64,000 bases of DNA from a bacterium. GTDB lineage: Bacteria > Hydrothermota > Tepidihabitantia > Tepidihabitantales > Tepidihabitantaceae. The notes beneath the pieces are model-generated. The model had not been told where the DNA came from. It did not search any database and saw nothing but the letters and a program-made list of their open reading frames with translations. Position numbers and translations under genes: made by a program. Below are positions 63,129-64,000 of this stretch, piece by piece; position 1 is the stretch's first letter, and each line of letters begins with the position of its first letter. Where the stretch lies: positions 83,393 through 147,392 of the forward strand of contig DATJQV010000075.1 of assembly GCA_035505375.1 (NCBI GenBank). The letters run 5' to 3'.

Positions 63129-64000
63129 TCAAGCGGAGACGCGGCCCGGGCTTCCCGGACGCAGCAGTGGCTTCAGGGCCTGAAGTCGTCGGAGAAGGTC
63201 GTGTCGGCCGAGCTTCTGGAGCGCGCGTTGCGCGTAGATGTAGTTCCCGGGTTCGTGGAGCTGGAGCAGCGCACGCTGGAGCTTCATCTCTTTCGGGTCG
63301 CGGGGAACGTACAGCGGCTGGTCGGTGAACGGGTCTTTGCCGGTGTGCCAGGCGGCAGCGGCCGCGGTCATCGGCAGCGGCGTGAACTGCTGGACCTGGC
63401 GGATGAAAAGCCGCTCGGTGCGCACGAGGTACTCGGCAAGCTCGATCGCGTCGTCAACCGTCGAGCCCGGGTGGCCGGAGATGAGATAAGGAATCAGGTA
63501 CTGCTTCTTGCCGAGGCGCCGGTTCGTCTCGGCAAAGCGGCGGCGGAAGGCCAGGTAGGAGGCGTGGGATGGCTTGTGCATGGCGGCAAGCACGCGCGGT
63601 GAGACATGCTCGGGCGCGACCCGGAGCTGGCCCGACACGTAGCGGCGGCAGAGCTGTTCGAGATAGCCCAGACCCGGTTGGTCGTCGATGAGGTCGAACC
63701 GGAACCCGGTGCCGACCGATGCCTTCTTCACGCCGGGTAGAGTGCGGACGGCTTCGAGCACCGCCAGTTCCTCTTTCGGCGCGAGACGCAGGCGCGGGCA
63801 ACGCTGGGGCCACGTACACTCGCGGTCCGGGCAGACACGGCCCGACGACATCTTCGCGCAGGTAGCCGCGTACATGTTGGCGGTCGGACCGCCGATGTCG
63901 GTGATGTGCCCCTTGAAGCCTTCGAGCCGCGTAATCCGCGCCGCCTCCCTCAGAATGGATTGCCGGCTCCGCCACTGGATGATGCGGCCCTGGTGCGCGG
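63129..64000 (-). CDS. YgiQ-family (UPF0313) radical SAM protein, C-terminal part (5' end beyond window)
   Basis: Collinear similarity to the YgiQ C-terminal region (GGPTANMY..., QYLIPYLISGHPG..., FIRQVQQFTPLP). The reading frame remains open upstream to the window edge (HQGRIIQWRSRQSILREA...). Confidence 0.7.
   Translation of the reverse strand, partial: AHQGRIIQWRSRQSILREAARITRLEGFKGHITDIGGPTANMYAATCAKMSSGRVCPDRECTWPQRCPRLRLAPKEELAVLEAVRTLPGVKKASVGTGFRFDLIDDQPGLGYLEQLCRRYVSGQLRVAPEHVSPRVLAAMHKPSHASYLAFRRRFAETNRRLGKKQYLIPYLISGHPGSTVDDAIELAEYLVRTERLFIRQVQQFTPLPMTAAAAAWHTGKDPFTDQPLYVPRDPKEMKLQRALLQLHEPGNYIYAQRALQKLGRHDLLRRLQALKPLLRPGSPGRVSA

Overview
This is a high-GC (about 65%) bacterial chromosomal segment with compact genes, most likely from an uncultivated lineage that uses type IX secretion (T9SS). 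Twelve secreted or surface proteins in the window end in a T9SS / FlgD-Ig-like C-terminal sorting domain. Sixty-two features are annotated. No rRNA, tRNA or CRISPR array was convincingly detected.

From left to right the window contains:
- Three tandem SurA/parvulin-type PPIase chaperone genes (1-2457) and a coiled-coil membrane protein.
- A ~13.6-kb defence island (3953-17800) bounded by ~115-bp inverted copies of a MITE-like repeat. It carries a type I R-M system (hsdM, hsdS, hsdR) with an Mrr-like endonuclease and a frameshifted RecG-like AlbA_2 gene inserted in the operon, a hicAB toxin-antitoxin (TA) operon with an overlapping third ORF, and a cluster of consensus DnaA boxes in an AT-rich stretch (17290-17530).
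- An ORF6N gene, a relE/phd-type TA pair and a fic gene (17827-21300), interleaved with more copies of the same repeat family.
- A secreted SagB/nitroreductase-like protein, two paralogous GT39 membrane glycosyltransferases, a gamma-carbonic anhydrase, a beta-propeller lipoprotein, a radical SAM enzyme and a mazEF-like TA pair (21671-30465).
- Two tandem DUF3857/transglutaminase-like proteins (30684-34685).
- A TPR protein with a ~520-aa E/R/K-rich single-alpha-helix-like tail (35154-37976).
- Five tandem paralogous T9SS-sorted surface proteins (38241-51922), each with its own sigma70-like promoter, a conserved ~125-nt structured leader and a GC-hairpin terminator.
- Additional SBBP (beta-propeller repeat) / CARDB-domain T9SS proteins (52018-58816).
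- A NapH/MauN-type membrane ferredoxin (59621-60391) followed by a T9SS-sorted protein whose only signal peptide is separated from the rest of the protein by an in-frame UGA inside a U-P-Y-C (glutaredoxin-like) motif. This is a candidate secreted selenoprotein.
- The 3' end of a YgiQ-family radical SAM gene running off the window.

The strongest leads are the candidate exported selenoprotein, the paralog array with its leader, the DnaA-box cluster and the MITE-flanked island. Many ORFs in the six-frame track are GC-rich shadow ORFs and were not annotated.
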